Shown: piece by piece, positions 17,489 to 24,945 of the stretch
Numbering within the stretch: position 1 is the stretch's first letter
Layout of the letters: every line of letters starts with the position of its first letter
IMG/VR virus record: IMGVR_UViG_3300045988_171958
Span: 224,001-288,000 of that record
Strand: one strand, 5' to 3'
DNA length: 64,000 nucleotides
From: a virus
Position numbers and translations under genes: made by a program
Notes under the pieces: generated by a model
What the model was told of the DNA's origin: nothing
The model's input: only the letters and a program-made list of their open reading frames with translations
The model's database searches: none

Positions 17489-17630
17489 CAAGTAATAGAG
17501 AGGACCTAGCATTTAACTAGGTGGTTGTTAGAGGTGTCAGTGCAATCTACAGGTACTCCTGATAGCTCAATGTATTACGAGAATATGGTCATGATAGTTT
17601 GCACATCTGATGCCATATTTGATTTTATAT

Positions 17631-17703
17631 GCCATTATAGCTCAATTGGTAGAGCATCTGTCTTGTAAACAGAAGGTTATCGGATCATACCCGGTTAATG
17701 GCT
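17631..17703 (+). tRNA. trnT: tRNA-Thr (UGU) with atypical T-loop
   Basis: Acceptor GCCATTA/TAATGGC; anticodon arm TCTGT-CTTGTAA-ACAGA. The T arm is ATCGG-ATCATAC-CCGGT, with loop ATCATAC instead of TTCRANY. Confidence 0.75.
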
Positions 17704-17724
17704 CAAATTATTTATGGAAAAGAA

Positions 17725-17750
17725 AAAGAGCATTCTTAAGAATGCTCTTT
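17725..17750. terminator. Bidirectional intrinsic terminator (11-bp stem, TTAA loop)
   Basis: AAAGAGCATTC-TTAA-GAATGCTCTTT with an A-run upstream and a T-run downstream. It lies between the convergent tRNA array (+) and the 17759-18616 gene (-). Confidence 0.8.
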
Positions 17751-17758
17751 ATTTGTAT

Positions 17759-18616
17759 TTATTTATATGTATAAAATTGTACCCATTTATCTTTATCTTT
17801 CTTAACTTCTTCTATCAAATCCATAGCTTCATCAACCGCTTTGTTTATTGCTTTTGACAATTCTTTTGTCTCTAATGATTTATATGGGTCATCATCGTAG
17901 CTAGCTGAACCTGGTTTACCAATATAAAGCTGCCAATCTCCATTTTCTTTCTTTTTACCTATTAAGAAATCTATTTCTATTCCAGCTTTCTTGTCCCTAT
18001 GTACATATTCTATCTTAAGATATTTCTCACCTTCTTTCAAGTCTGTTACTTGCTTATCTGGGGCAGTAAATATCTTAAATTGAATCTCAGAACGTTGCTT
18101 AGCTTTAGCATCATCTTTTGCTCCATCTTGACCTAATGCCGGACTACTATTATTTTCAGTATTTCCATCATCTCCTGTATCTGATGTTTCTTCTGAAGCC
18201 GCATCATCCATACCTTGACCTTCTTCTTCCTCTCCTTCTTCTAATACATACTTTATCTTATCTTTCCACGTCTTTCCTTCAACCATAGGGATCATTGTTA
18301 TCAAATTTATGGCTTCACAATATAATTTAGGATTCTCAATTATATTTTCTACTTTACTAGAAAGACTTTTCACTTTCTCTATATAATCATTATTCTCTAC
18401 AGTAAGTAGTATTGTAGAATCTGGGTTCACATAACACTCCACTGTAATAGAAGGACTATCATCATCTGACAAATACTTTAAATATTTGCCTTCATCTAGT
18501 ATTCCTTCATATATAGTAGATCCAAACTTTTTCAATATGCAATTATGCTCCGTCATATATTTCCATATAGATGGAGCATTGTCATGTACATAACGTAATG
18601 ATACAAAATTTCTCAT
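17759..18616 (-). CDS. Hypothetical protein with central acidic linker (285 aa)
   Basis: ATG ORF MRNFVSLRYVHDN...; two globular halves joined by EEGEEEEGQGMDDAASEETSDTGDDGNTENN. Confidence 0.8.
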   Translation of the reverse strand: MRNFVSLRYVHDNAPSIWKYMTEHNCILKKFGSTIYEGILDEGKYLKYLSDDDSPSITVECYVNPDSTILLTVENNDYIEKVKSLSSKVENIIENPKLYCEAINLITMIPMVEGKTWKDKIKYVLEEGEEEEGQGMDDAASEETSDTGDDGNTENNSSPALGQDGAKDDAKAKQRSEIQFKIFTAPDKQVTDLKEGEKYLKIEYVHRDKKAGIEIDFLIGKKKENGDWQLYIGKPGSASYDDDPYKSLETKELSKAINKAVDEAMDLIEEVKKDKDKWVQFYTYK

Positions 18617-18773
18617 AGTGTATTTTATATTCTATTTAAAAATTGCTAGACAATTTAGACTTTTGATTTCAATCAAATTAAAAATAAATTTATCGGTACA
18701 ATTGACCTACATCAATTAATTATGCGGTTTTCAAAAAATTCCTTTATTTTTATAACTGTTTTTTAAATTCAAA

Positions 18774-18788
18774 TCTATATTTAATTTG
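18774..18788 (+). promoter_or_regulatory. Promoter-like motif TCTATATTTAATTTG
   Basis: Core CTATATT about 30 nt upstream of the first small ORF (18817). Confidence 0.35.
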
Positions 18789-18816
18789 AATGATAAATAT
18801 ATCTAATGTGTTAATC

Positions 18817-18915
18817 ATGAAGATATTAAAGAAAATAGGAGATATCTATTTGAGAGTAATTGCATTATCAATATGTTACCCTTCAAATGAGATGAATTAT
18901 AAAAACAAAACATAA
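18817..18915 (+). CDS. Small ORF (32 aa, MKILKKIGDIYLRVIALSICYPSNEMNYKNKT)
   Basis: First of three back-to-back sub-cutoff ORFs between a promoter motif and a strong terminator. Confidence 0.3.
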   Translation: MKILKKIGDIYLRVIALSICYPSNEMNYKNKT

Positions 18916-18919
18916 AAGG

Positions 18920-19018
18920 ATGAAAACTATGAAGAAGTTAATTAAGAAATTTTGGGATTCATATAAAGAAGCTATGTCCCTCTATGGTGAAGCAATCATC
19001 ATGTCAAAATCAGTTTAA
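18920..19018 (+). CDS. Small ORF (32 aa, MKTMKKLIKKFWDSYKEAMSLYGEAIIMSKSV)
   Basis: Starts 5 nt after the previous stop; its N-terminus is paralogous to the next ORF. Confidence 0.35.
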   Translation: MKTMKKLIKKFWDSYKEAMSLYGEAIIMSKSV

Positions 19019-19032
19019 ATTTAAATTAAAAA

Positions 19033-19143
19033 ATGAGAACTATGAAGAAAATTCTAAATGCTATCAAAAGAAACATGAAGGTATCTGCAGAACTTGGTTT
19101 GATGAACTGCACTGGATCTATACCTTTGTGGGCAACAAAGTAA
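19033..19143 (+). CDS. Small ORF (36 aa, MRTMKKILNAIKRNMKVSAELGLMNCTGSIPLWATK)
   Basis: N-terminus MRTMKK is similar to MKTMKK of the preceding ORF; followed by a terminator. Confidence 0.35.
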   Translation: MRTMKKILNAIKRNMKVSAELGLMNCTGSIPLWATK

Positions 19144-19199
19144 CATTCGACATTTGAGATCCAAAATGCCAAAGGGGAATGGCTCCTTTGGTTGATGCT

Positions 19200-19227
19200 G
19201 ACAGGACATTAAGTTCTGTCATTTTTT
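19200..19227 (+). terminator. Rho-independent terminator
   Basis: GACAGGAC-ATTAA-GTTCTGTC followed by ATTTTTTG. Confidence 0.75.
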
Positions 19228-19269
19228 GTATATTTCGAAGATTTTTATATAGATATTTTAACTTAAGGT

Positions 19270-19713
19270 ATGGACTTTTCTAAAATGACTGTATATATAA
19301 AGAAAGCAATAAAAGGTAATTTCTTCAGTAAGCTCATTCAACAGAATTCAGGATATAGCAGCAAAAGCTTCTTTCTAGTTGTTGTTACATTCATAGGTAC
19401 TCTACTGCTTGCTGTACCAATATTCTCTCTTACTATAGAAGCTTGGTACAACCATACTATAACTACTGACTTGACAGCAATGGCAGCTTATATAACAGCA
19501 GTAGCAGCTGTATTCACATCAGTAGGTCTTACAAAAGTGTGGTCAGAAAAATATGAGCATAAACTTCCTGGTCCTGATGGAAAATTTGGAACAAATGATG
19601 ATATTATCATAAATGTTACAGATGAAGAATATAATAAAATATTAGATGTAATGAATAAGCAATGCAATCACCAGGATGGCGGCTGGGATGGCCAGGGAGC
19701 GGATAATTGCTAA
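19270..19713 (+). CDS. Two-pass membrane protein (147 aa), holin-like by topology only
   Basis: Hydrophobic segments FFLVVVTFIGTLLLAVPIFSLTI and LTAMAAYITAVAAVFTSVGLTKVW. The last 14 codons (HQDGGWDGQGADNC) are encoded by the GC-rich repeat element. Confidence 0.6.
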   Translation: MDFSKMTVYIKKAIKGNFFSKLIQQNSGYSSKSFFLVVVTFIGTLLLAVPIFSLTIEAWYNHTITTDLTAMAAYITAVAAVFTSVGLTKVWSEKYEHKLPGPDGKFGTNDDIIINVTDEEYNKILDVMNKQCNHQDGGWDGQGADNC

Positions 19714-19757
19714 TAAGTATAATTTATCAGATGACCAAATTATCCGCCATCCTGGTG
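19669..19757 (+). repeat. GC-rich long-hairpin element, copy A
   Basis: CACCAGGATGGCGG (19669-82) pairs with CCGCCATCCTGGTG (19744-57), and GCGGATAATT (19699-708) with AATTATCCGC (19738-47). It shares the core CAGGGAGCGGATAATT, TATCAG and the 3' flank GTGAATRTTTT with copy B at 29065-29143. Confidence 0.7.
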
Positions 19758-19781
19758 AATATTTTATATCAAGAACTGAAG

Positions 19782-22580
19782 TTAGTTGAATTGCCTGAAT
19801 CTAGCTCTCAATGGATCTTGGTTATATTGTCCAGGCATATCATATATGCTTGGTTCATTTCCATATCCATTAGGTGATCCATAGAAATCATTCATAGATG
19901 GCAATCCTTGTTGCATACCTGTATTGTACATTGTATACATGTTAGGTATACTGGTACTTGCATTACTTTGTGTTTCTCTATATATACTAGAAGATTCTGC
20001 AGCAGCAGTAGGTAAATTTCTGTTATCCAATGATACTGTTATCTGTTTCTCTTCTTTCTTCTTTTGCAATACATTAGACATCATATCTGCTATCTTCTTA
20101 AGCATATCTAGTTTCTTCATTTCTGATTCTTCCTTTTCTATTTGTTCCCATTGTCCAGTAGCTTTCATCTCTATCTCCCACTCTTCCATGAAATCTTTAT
20201 ATTTTGTAGTATTCTTAAGAAGTGGAAGTTGTACAAAAGTCATTATCAAATCATCATGGCCGTATGCAGCAGCATAACTGCCATTTCCATTCTTATCTTC
20301 AAAATTCTCAAGCTCTGAAACAGTAAGCAAGTCTGTTATTATGACATCAAACTTCTCTAACATCATCTTAAGCAATGCACATGCAGATATCTTAGTAGCA
20401 TGACTCAATCTGATACCTGGAATTGTCTTGCTGTTTTTGAATCCATTCAAATTAGCAATATTGTCTTCTTGACTGCCTTTCTTGTATCTTATCAAATTAG
20501 CCAAGTCAAATTCACCTAATGGATTTACTTGCCATCTCCAACTTGCCTCTGGCATATATTCAGGTTCATTCAAATTCTTAAGATAGTTGTAGAATAAAGC
20601 ACCATAAGTATTCCATTCTACTGACACTATAGTCTTATTAGGATTGAATAACTGTCCATACAATACCCAGAACTCTAAGCTAGCTTGTTCCAAATCTATA
20701 GTATTGCAATGCCAATATCCTATTTGTTCAAACTTATCTTTTCCTATTACTTCTATTATGTTGAATGTTGTAAAGTCATTACCACCACCTTCTGCTAAGT
20801 CAACTAATATGATGAACCATCCAATCTTCAAATAATGCAAGTCATAATCTTTCTTGAACTTAAATTCTGTCTTATGTAAGCTGAAATACCAACTATCATC
20901 TGTAGGTGTCTCAAACAAGTAAGTCAAGTCTCTTATCTTTCCTAAGCATTCTCTTGATACAAGACATTTATCAGATGCAGAGAATTGTGTACCATATTGA
21001 TAGTAGAAAGCTTCTTCTGAACCTAAGACACCAACCATCATAGCTTTCCAAGCATTATCTCTCTTCTTCCAAATATGATTGTCAGGATCCCATTGAGGAA
21101 CTTGCCACCAATCTACTTTAAATGGAGCATACATAGACTTTCCTGTTTCTGCGGCATGCCATAGCTTATAGAACAAATTGAATCCATTTTGTGTTGACAT
21201 GATACATATATTAGAGCTTGTATCTGCAGTAACAGTAGGAAGAATGTTGTTGTAGAACAATTCAACATCATTAGGTGGACACCAAGCAAACTCATCAAGT
21301 ATCAAGAAGTTTATTGTCTTACCAAGACCGGCAGTAGGAGAGAAAGCTTCAGTAGATATTGTAGAGTTGTTGTCAAAAGCTATCTCTGACTGATTCCACT
21401 TCAAAGTACCAAGCTTCAGATGGTAAGGAAGATACAGATACATATCTTTTATCTTCTTTATCAAATCTTGTCCTGCTGGACCAGACTTAGAAAGTATCAA
21501 TGCATTTCTATCATTTCTGAACAATACTGACCAAAGACAGAATATTGCTGTAGTTGTTGAGTTGTGACTCAATATTCCATTAGTATAATATCTGTGATAA
21601 GGATGTTCTACTGAAACATCACACATAGATACTTTTGTTTTAGATACTGAAACAGACTTTACCATAGATGGTCCTCTATCTGTCATTATTTTAGATAGGT
21701 TTTCAACAAGTTTATCAGCATATATTATATCTAAGTTTTCATCAAACAACATGTGTTTGTCTGCACATTCTATAGAATACCCATTTTCAAGGATTACCTT
21801 ATATATTGCAAATGGCTTAGTATTGTAAATGTATGATATTGGTTGATATCCAACATCTGTCAATACTTTTATCCTATATTCAGAAATATCTATTTCTTTA
21901 GTGGTTTTACAGTTATCTAAAAGTTCCTTATGAAATACAAAATTGTATTCTAACCAATCAACAACTTCTACTGCTTTATAGTTTTCTTTTTTATATAGAT
22001 AATATTTCAGTTTCCAGAAAGCAGAGTTATCAAACAAGTTTTGAAATTCATAAAAAGGCAATTCAAACAAATAGTCAGATCCACTTTTTACATATTTGAA
22101 ATTCTTAAAAAGATATGTGAATTTTTGTTTACCAAACTGAATACCATAATTGTTTATGAATGCATTAGTAAACAAAAACTTCACCGTTGTATTTTGTAAA
22201 AGGCACTTTCCACTTTGTCTGCAACTTAAAAACAGGCTGAATCTGTTTTGTTGAAGATGTCTCATGTAATCTTCCTGATAGTCACGGAGTATTACTGGTT
22301 GCAAACCAGTTGGGGTCATAAGATAGCATTTGGTAGCAAAGTACAATGGATCTTCCATACAATGCATATAATCTTCTATCTCTTCTTGTGTACGCTTGAA
22401 GACCAGATCTGGCTTCAATAACTTAGTATTCTTACCAATAAAAGGGTTTGCTTTCAATGGCAAACCCTTCTTCATAGCATCTACAGCTTTCTCAAGTACT
22501 GAACAGCTCCAGATAACTGCTTCTGCCTCTTTTCCTCCTTTATCTCTCTTTACTGGATCAAATTCAAATTCTTTAGCCAT
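19782..22580 (-). CDS. terL: Terminase large subunit (T4 gp17-like) interrupted by an intein
   Basis: After removing aa 126-340 the sequence reads RDYQEDYMRHLQQNRFSLFLSCRQSGK|STTTAIFCLW (Walker A as in T4 gp17 SRQLGKT). Walker B is FLILDEFAW, followed by a C-terminal nuclease-sized domain. Confidence 0.9.
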   Translation of the reverse strand: MAKEFEFDPVKRDKGGKEAEAVIWSCSVLEKAVDAMKKGLPLKANPFIGKNTKLLKPDLVFKRTQEEIEDYMHCMEDPLYFATKCYLMTPTGLQPVILRDYQEDYMRHLQQNRFSLFLSCRQSGKCLLQNTTVKFLFTNAFINNYGIQFGKQKFTYLFKNFKYVKSGSDYLFELPFYEFQNLFDNSAFWKLKYYLYKKENYKAVEVVDWLEYNFVFHKELLDNCKTTKEIDISEYRIKVLTDVGYQPISYIYNTKPFAIYKVILENGYSIECADKHMLFDENLDIIYADKLVENLSKIMTDRGPSMVKSVSVSKTKVSMCDVSVEHPYHRYYTNGILSHNSTTTAIFCLWSVLFRNDRNALILSKSGPAGQDLIKKIKDMYLYLPYHLKLGTLKWNQSEIAFDNNSTISTEAFSPTAGLGKTINFLILDEFAWCPPNDVELFYNNILPTVTADTSSNICIMSTQNGFNLFYKLWHAAETGKSMYAPFKVDWWQVPQWDPDNHIWKKRDNAWKAMMVGVLGSEEAFYYQYGTQFSASDKCLVSRECLGKIRDLTYLFETPTDDSWYFSLHKTEFKFKKDYDLHYLKIGWFIILVDLAEGGGNDFTTFNIIEVIGKDKFEQIGYWHCNTIDLEQASLEFWVLYGQLFNPNKTIVSVEWNTYGALFYNYLKNLNEPEYMPEASWRWQVNPLGEFDLANLIRYKKGSQEDNIANLNGFKNSKTIPGIRLSHATKISACALLKMMLEKFDVIITDLLTVSELENFEDKNGNGSYAAAYGHDDLIMTFVQLPLLKNTTKYKDFMEEWEIEMKATGQWEQIEKEESEMKKLDMLKKIADMMSNVLQKKKEEKQITVSLDNRNLPTAAAESSSIYRETQSNASTSIPNMYTMYNTGMQQGLPSMNDFYGSPNGYGNEPSIYDMPGQYNQDPLRARFRQFN
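21561..22205 (-). mobile_element. Intein (215 aa) inserted in the TerL P-loop
   Basis: Begins with Cys126 (TGC at 22205-22203; CLLQNTTVKF = block A) and ends ...MCDVSVEHPYHRYYTNGILSHN (blocks F/G, His-Asn at 21566-21561), followed by +1 Ser. Block B-like SIECADKHMLF. No LAGLIDADG, HNH or GIY-YIG motif seen. Confidence 0.85.
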
Positions 22581-23517
22581 TTGGTGATATTCCTAATTTT
22601 CCTGCAAGCTTGAACAACTGTTTTTGAACAGCTGTCTTAGCTTTTTGTTTTGTCTTATTTGTTGATGTTCCTAGATCATTATATTGCTCTTTAGCTTTTT
22701 CTAATGTTGGATCAATAAGCTTTTTCTTCATTGTTGTAGCTGCAGCATAAGCAGAATTATTTACGGCCTCATCATAATGCTTCTGAACATCTTCCATCTT
22801 TTTGTCTGCATAATCAGACATATATGTTTTAGCACTATCAATAGCACTGTTTATTTGATTGTTTACCCATCCCGGACCTTGTATCATTAAAGCAGATATA
22901 TCTTCACAATCTTTTTGAATAGATGATAATGTCTTATCTTTGAATTCATTAGCATCTTTAACAGCTTTCTTACACCAAGCTATTGCTTTCTTTGTTTTAT
23001 TTTCTTTTTCCTTTTCTGCTTCTTTTTGAGCATGCTCTTCTGCTGGAGTACCCATCATTTCTTTCAAACGTTGTTGAAGTTCTTCTTTACATTGTTCTGC
23101 AGCTATAGCAGTAGCTTTCTTAGTAACTTGTGCAGGAAATGATGCAACCATTCCAACTATCTTAGTACCCATTTTAGTAGTAAGTTGAACTCCATACGTT
23201 GTAAGTTCTCCAACTGCTTGCTTAGCAACATCTGCTGTTTGAAAAGCTCCTTGCATAGCAGCTAATCCAGCACCAACTAAGCTACCAGCCATGCCACCTA
23301 TCTGACTTCCAACTTTAGTTACTTCTTTAGTAGCAGTACTTTTGAGATCAGAGACCATAGACATAGTCTTGTCTTGTACAGCATCTGCCAACTGTTTCAA
23401 ATTGCCAGCTTCTATATCAATACCAGTAGCTGCAATAACTGAAGTTGCTTGTCCGGTCAAGAAATTCTGTCCATAATCAATGCATTTTGCTTGCATCTGT
23501 CCTGGTATTGCTCCCAT
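22573..23517 (-). CDS. Alpha-helical Gly/Ala-rich protein (314 aa); tape-measure-, ejection- or scaffold-like, unassigned
   Basis: Contains IGGMAGSLVGAGLAAMQGAF and long K/E/A helical stretches. Overlaps the TerL start by 8 nt. Confidence 0.4.
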   Translation of the reverse strand: MGAIPGQMQAKCIDYGQNFLTGQATSVIAATGIDIEAGNLKQLADAVQDKTMSMVSDLKSTATKEVTKVGSQIGGMAGSLVGAGLAAMQGAFQTADVAKQAVGELTTYGVQLTTKMGTKIVGMVASFPAQVTKKATAIAAEQCKEELQQRLKEMMGTPAEEHAQKEAEKEKENKTKKAIAWCKKAVKDANEFKDKTLSSIQKDCEDISALMIQGPGWVNNQINSAIDSAKTYMSDYADKKMEDVQKHYDEAVNNSAYAAATTMKKKLIDPTLEKAKEQYNDLGTSTNKTKQKAKTAVQKQLFKLAGKLGISPNG

Positions 23518-23519
23518 AT

Positions 23520-24209
23520 TTATTCACTTACAAATGATGTTTTTGAATTCATTTCATCTATGGTATCTGATATCGCTTTAGAACACTTCAATATAGATGG
23601 ACATAAACTTACAGTATAAGGATTTCCATTAGCTGCATTATTCAATTCATCTAATCCAGCCTTCAAATCTGACAACAATTTGTATAGTTTATTTCCTCTA
23701 ACTATTGGGTCTTCACATTTTTCTGTTAAACCAACAAATACTTTTGACCCTCTTATAGATATTTCAGTACCATTAGATTTGCTTTCTATATCCCCGGCTT
23801 GATTTATCTGGGTTTGAGCATGTTCGCCTATTCTAGTTACAAATCCTTGGTTGCCTGTATAGAACATCTGAGCACCAACACTCTTACCAGATCTTGACAC
23901 TAATACATCATAATCAAAATCTTGTTGAGCAGCAGTAGTATTGATGTTTGTTTCCCACATTGTAATATAATAATATTCATATTCATTTGTGGAATCATGC
24001 AATATCCATACTTTTTGTCCCTCTATGCATTTAGAGACACGTTGATATCCTGATCCACTTGTAAATGGAGCAATCCAAAACATATCTTCTTCATGCATAG
24101 AGGCATTATTAAACCAACCAGGAACTACAGCTTTGATTCGACCCATTTTCTTTGGATCATCAGCAGTCACTACAACTCCAGGTCTTATTTCACAATTACT
24201 CAGTTTCAT
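23520..24209 (-). CDS. Baseplate central spike/hub protein with gp5/gpV-type OB-fold (229 aa)
   Basis: IRPGVVVTADDPKKMGRIKAVVPGWF...MFWIAPFTSGSGYQRVSKCIEGQKVWILHDS parallels the T4 gp5 N-terminus FVGVVEDRMDPLKLGRVRVRVVGLH...LPWMSVIQPITS...GPVEGTRVYGHFLD. Confidence 0.6.
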   Translation of the reverse strand: MKLSNCEIRPGVVVTADDPKKMGRIKAVVPGWFNNASMHEEDMFWIAPFTSGSGYQRVSKCIEGQKVWILHDSTNEYEYYYITMWETNINTTAAQQDFDYDVLVSRSGKSVGAQMFYTGNQGFVTRIGEHAQTQINQAGDIESKSNGTEISIRGSKVFVGLTEKCEDPIVRGNKLYKLLSDLKAGLDELNNAANGNPYTVSLCPSILKCSKAISDTIDEMNSKTSFVSE

Positions 24210-24930
24210 CTGATAAATTATCTATATCATCTTTAGAGAAGATAATGGTAAACTTACCCTTTTCCATTTTCTCTTTATATCTATTTTGTCCAAATGTTTT
24301 ATCACAACCAAGACATACTGCTTTGACAACTTTCTTACCAACAACAAACAATGATGGGAAAAGTGTTACTGTATCACCTTCATTATCATAAATGAACCAA
24401 GAATCTCCTTCATCAATTGCTGCATTAAATTCTTTTTCAAATTTACCACATATATCTTTTACTTGATCTATAACATCATCTGTTATTCCAACTTTCTTAA
24501 TATATTCATTCTTTGATATTTCAGCCTTCATGTGTGCCTTGAACATACCAATAATTTCTTTTGGATCTTTATTAGACCAATTTTCTTTATTGAATATTTT
24601 ATGGAAATCAGCATTTGATGATGCATAATCTATAGGGGTTATTTCAAACAAATCTTTTGTATTGCGAACTCCTCTTCTTCTTATCTGTCCATTATCTATA
24701 ATCTTGGATAAAGCTTCCAAGTTAGATTTTTCAGTACCAGTTGTTGAAATCACATATAATGACTTGTTAGTACCAAGTACTTTCTTTACGGATCTGTTCC
24801 ATTTTGTGATTCTTGTCTTCTTCAAACCAATGTTTGTAAATATTGGTGTTAAATCACCTACTTCTTTTGCATTTCCTGTAATATCTGACTTAGATATTGA
24901 TTCTTCTATAAATTCTACTAATGATTTCAT
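24196..24930 (-). CDS. CTS-like-leader protein (244 aa), candidate packaged internal protein
   Basis: N-terminus MKSLVEFIEES compared with the T4 capsid targeting sequence MKTYQEFIAE. Located immediately downstream of the portal gene. Confidence 0.55.
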   Translation of the reverse strand: MKSLVEFIEESISKSDITGNAKEVGDLTPIFTNIGLKKTRITKWNRSVKKVLGTNKSLYVISTTGTEKSNLEALSKIIDNGQIRRRGVRNTKDLFEITPIDYASSNADFHKIFNKENWSNKDPKEIIGMFKAHMKAEISKNEYIKKVGITDDVIDQVKDICGKFEKEFNAAIDEGDSWFIYDNEGDTVTLFPSLFVVGKKVVKAVCLGCDKTFGQNRYKEKMEKGKFTIIFSKDDIDNLSDETE

Positions 24931-24945
24931 TTGACTTTTTATATT

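Noticed and set aside
19270-19713. Calling the two-TM protein a holin and the region a lysis cassette
   Set aside because: The topology is compatible, but no endolysin or spanin is adjacent, and the C-terminus derives from the repeat element. Kept as a membrane protein only.
23520-24209. 229-aa protein as a gp21-type prohead protease; the order portal / small protein / about 220 aa / helical protein mimics T4 genes 20-67/68-21-22
   Set aside because: The sequence matches the gp5/gpV OB-fold signature (G-x-V...DP-x-K-x-GR...W...P...G-x-x-V) much better. I could not align His/Ser catalytic motifs with gp21-like spacing.
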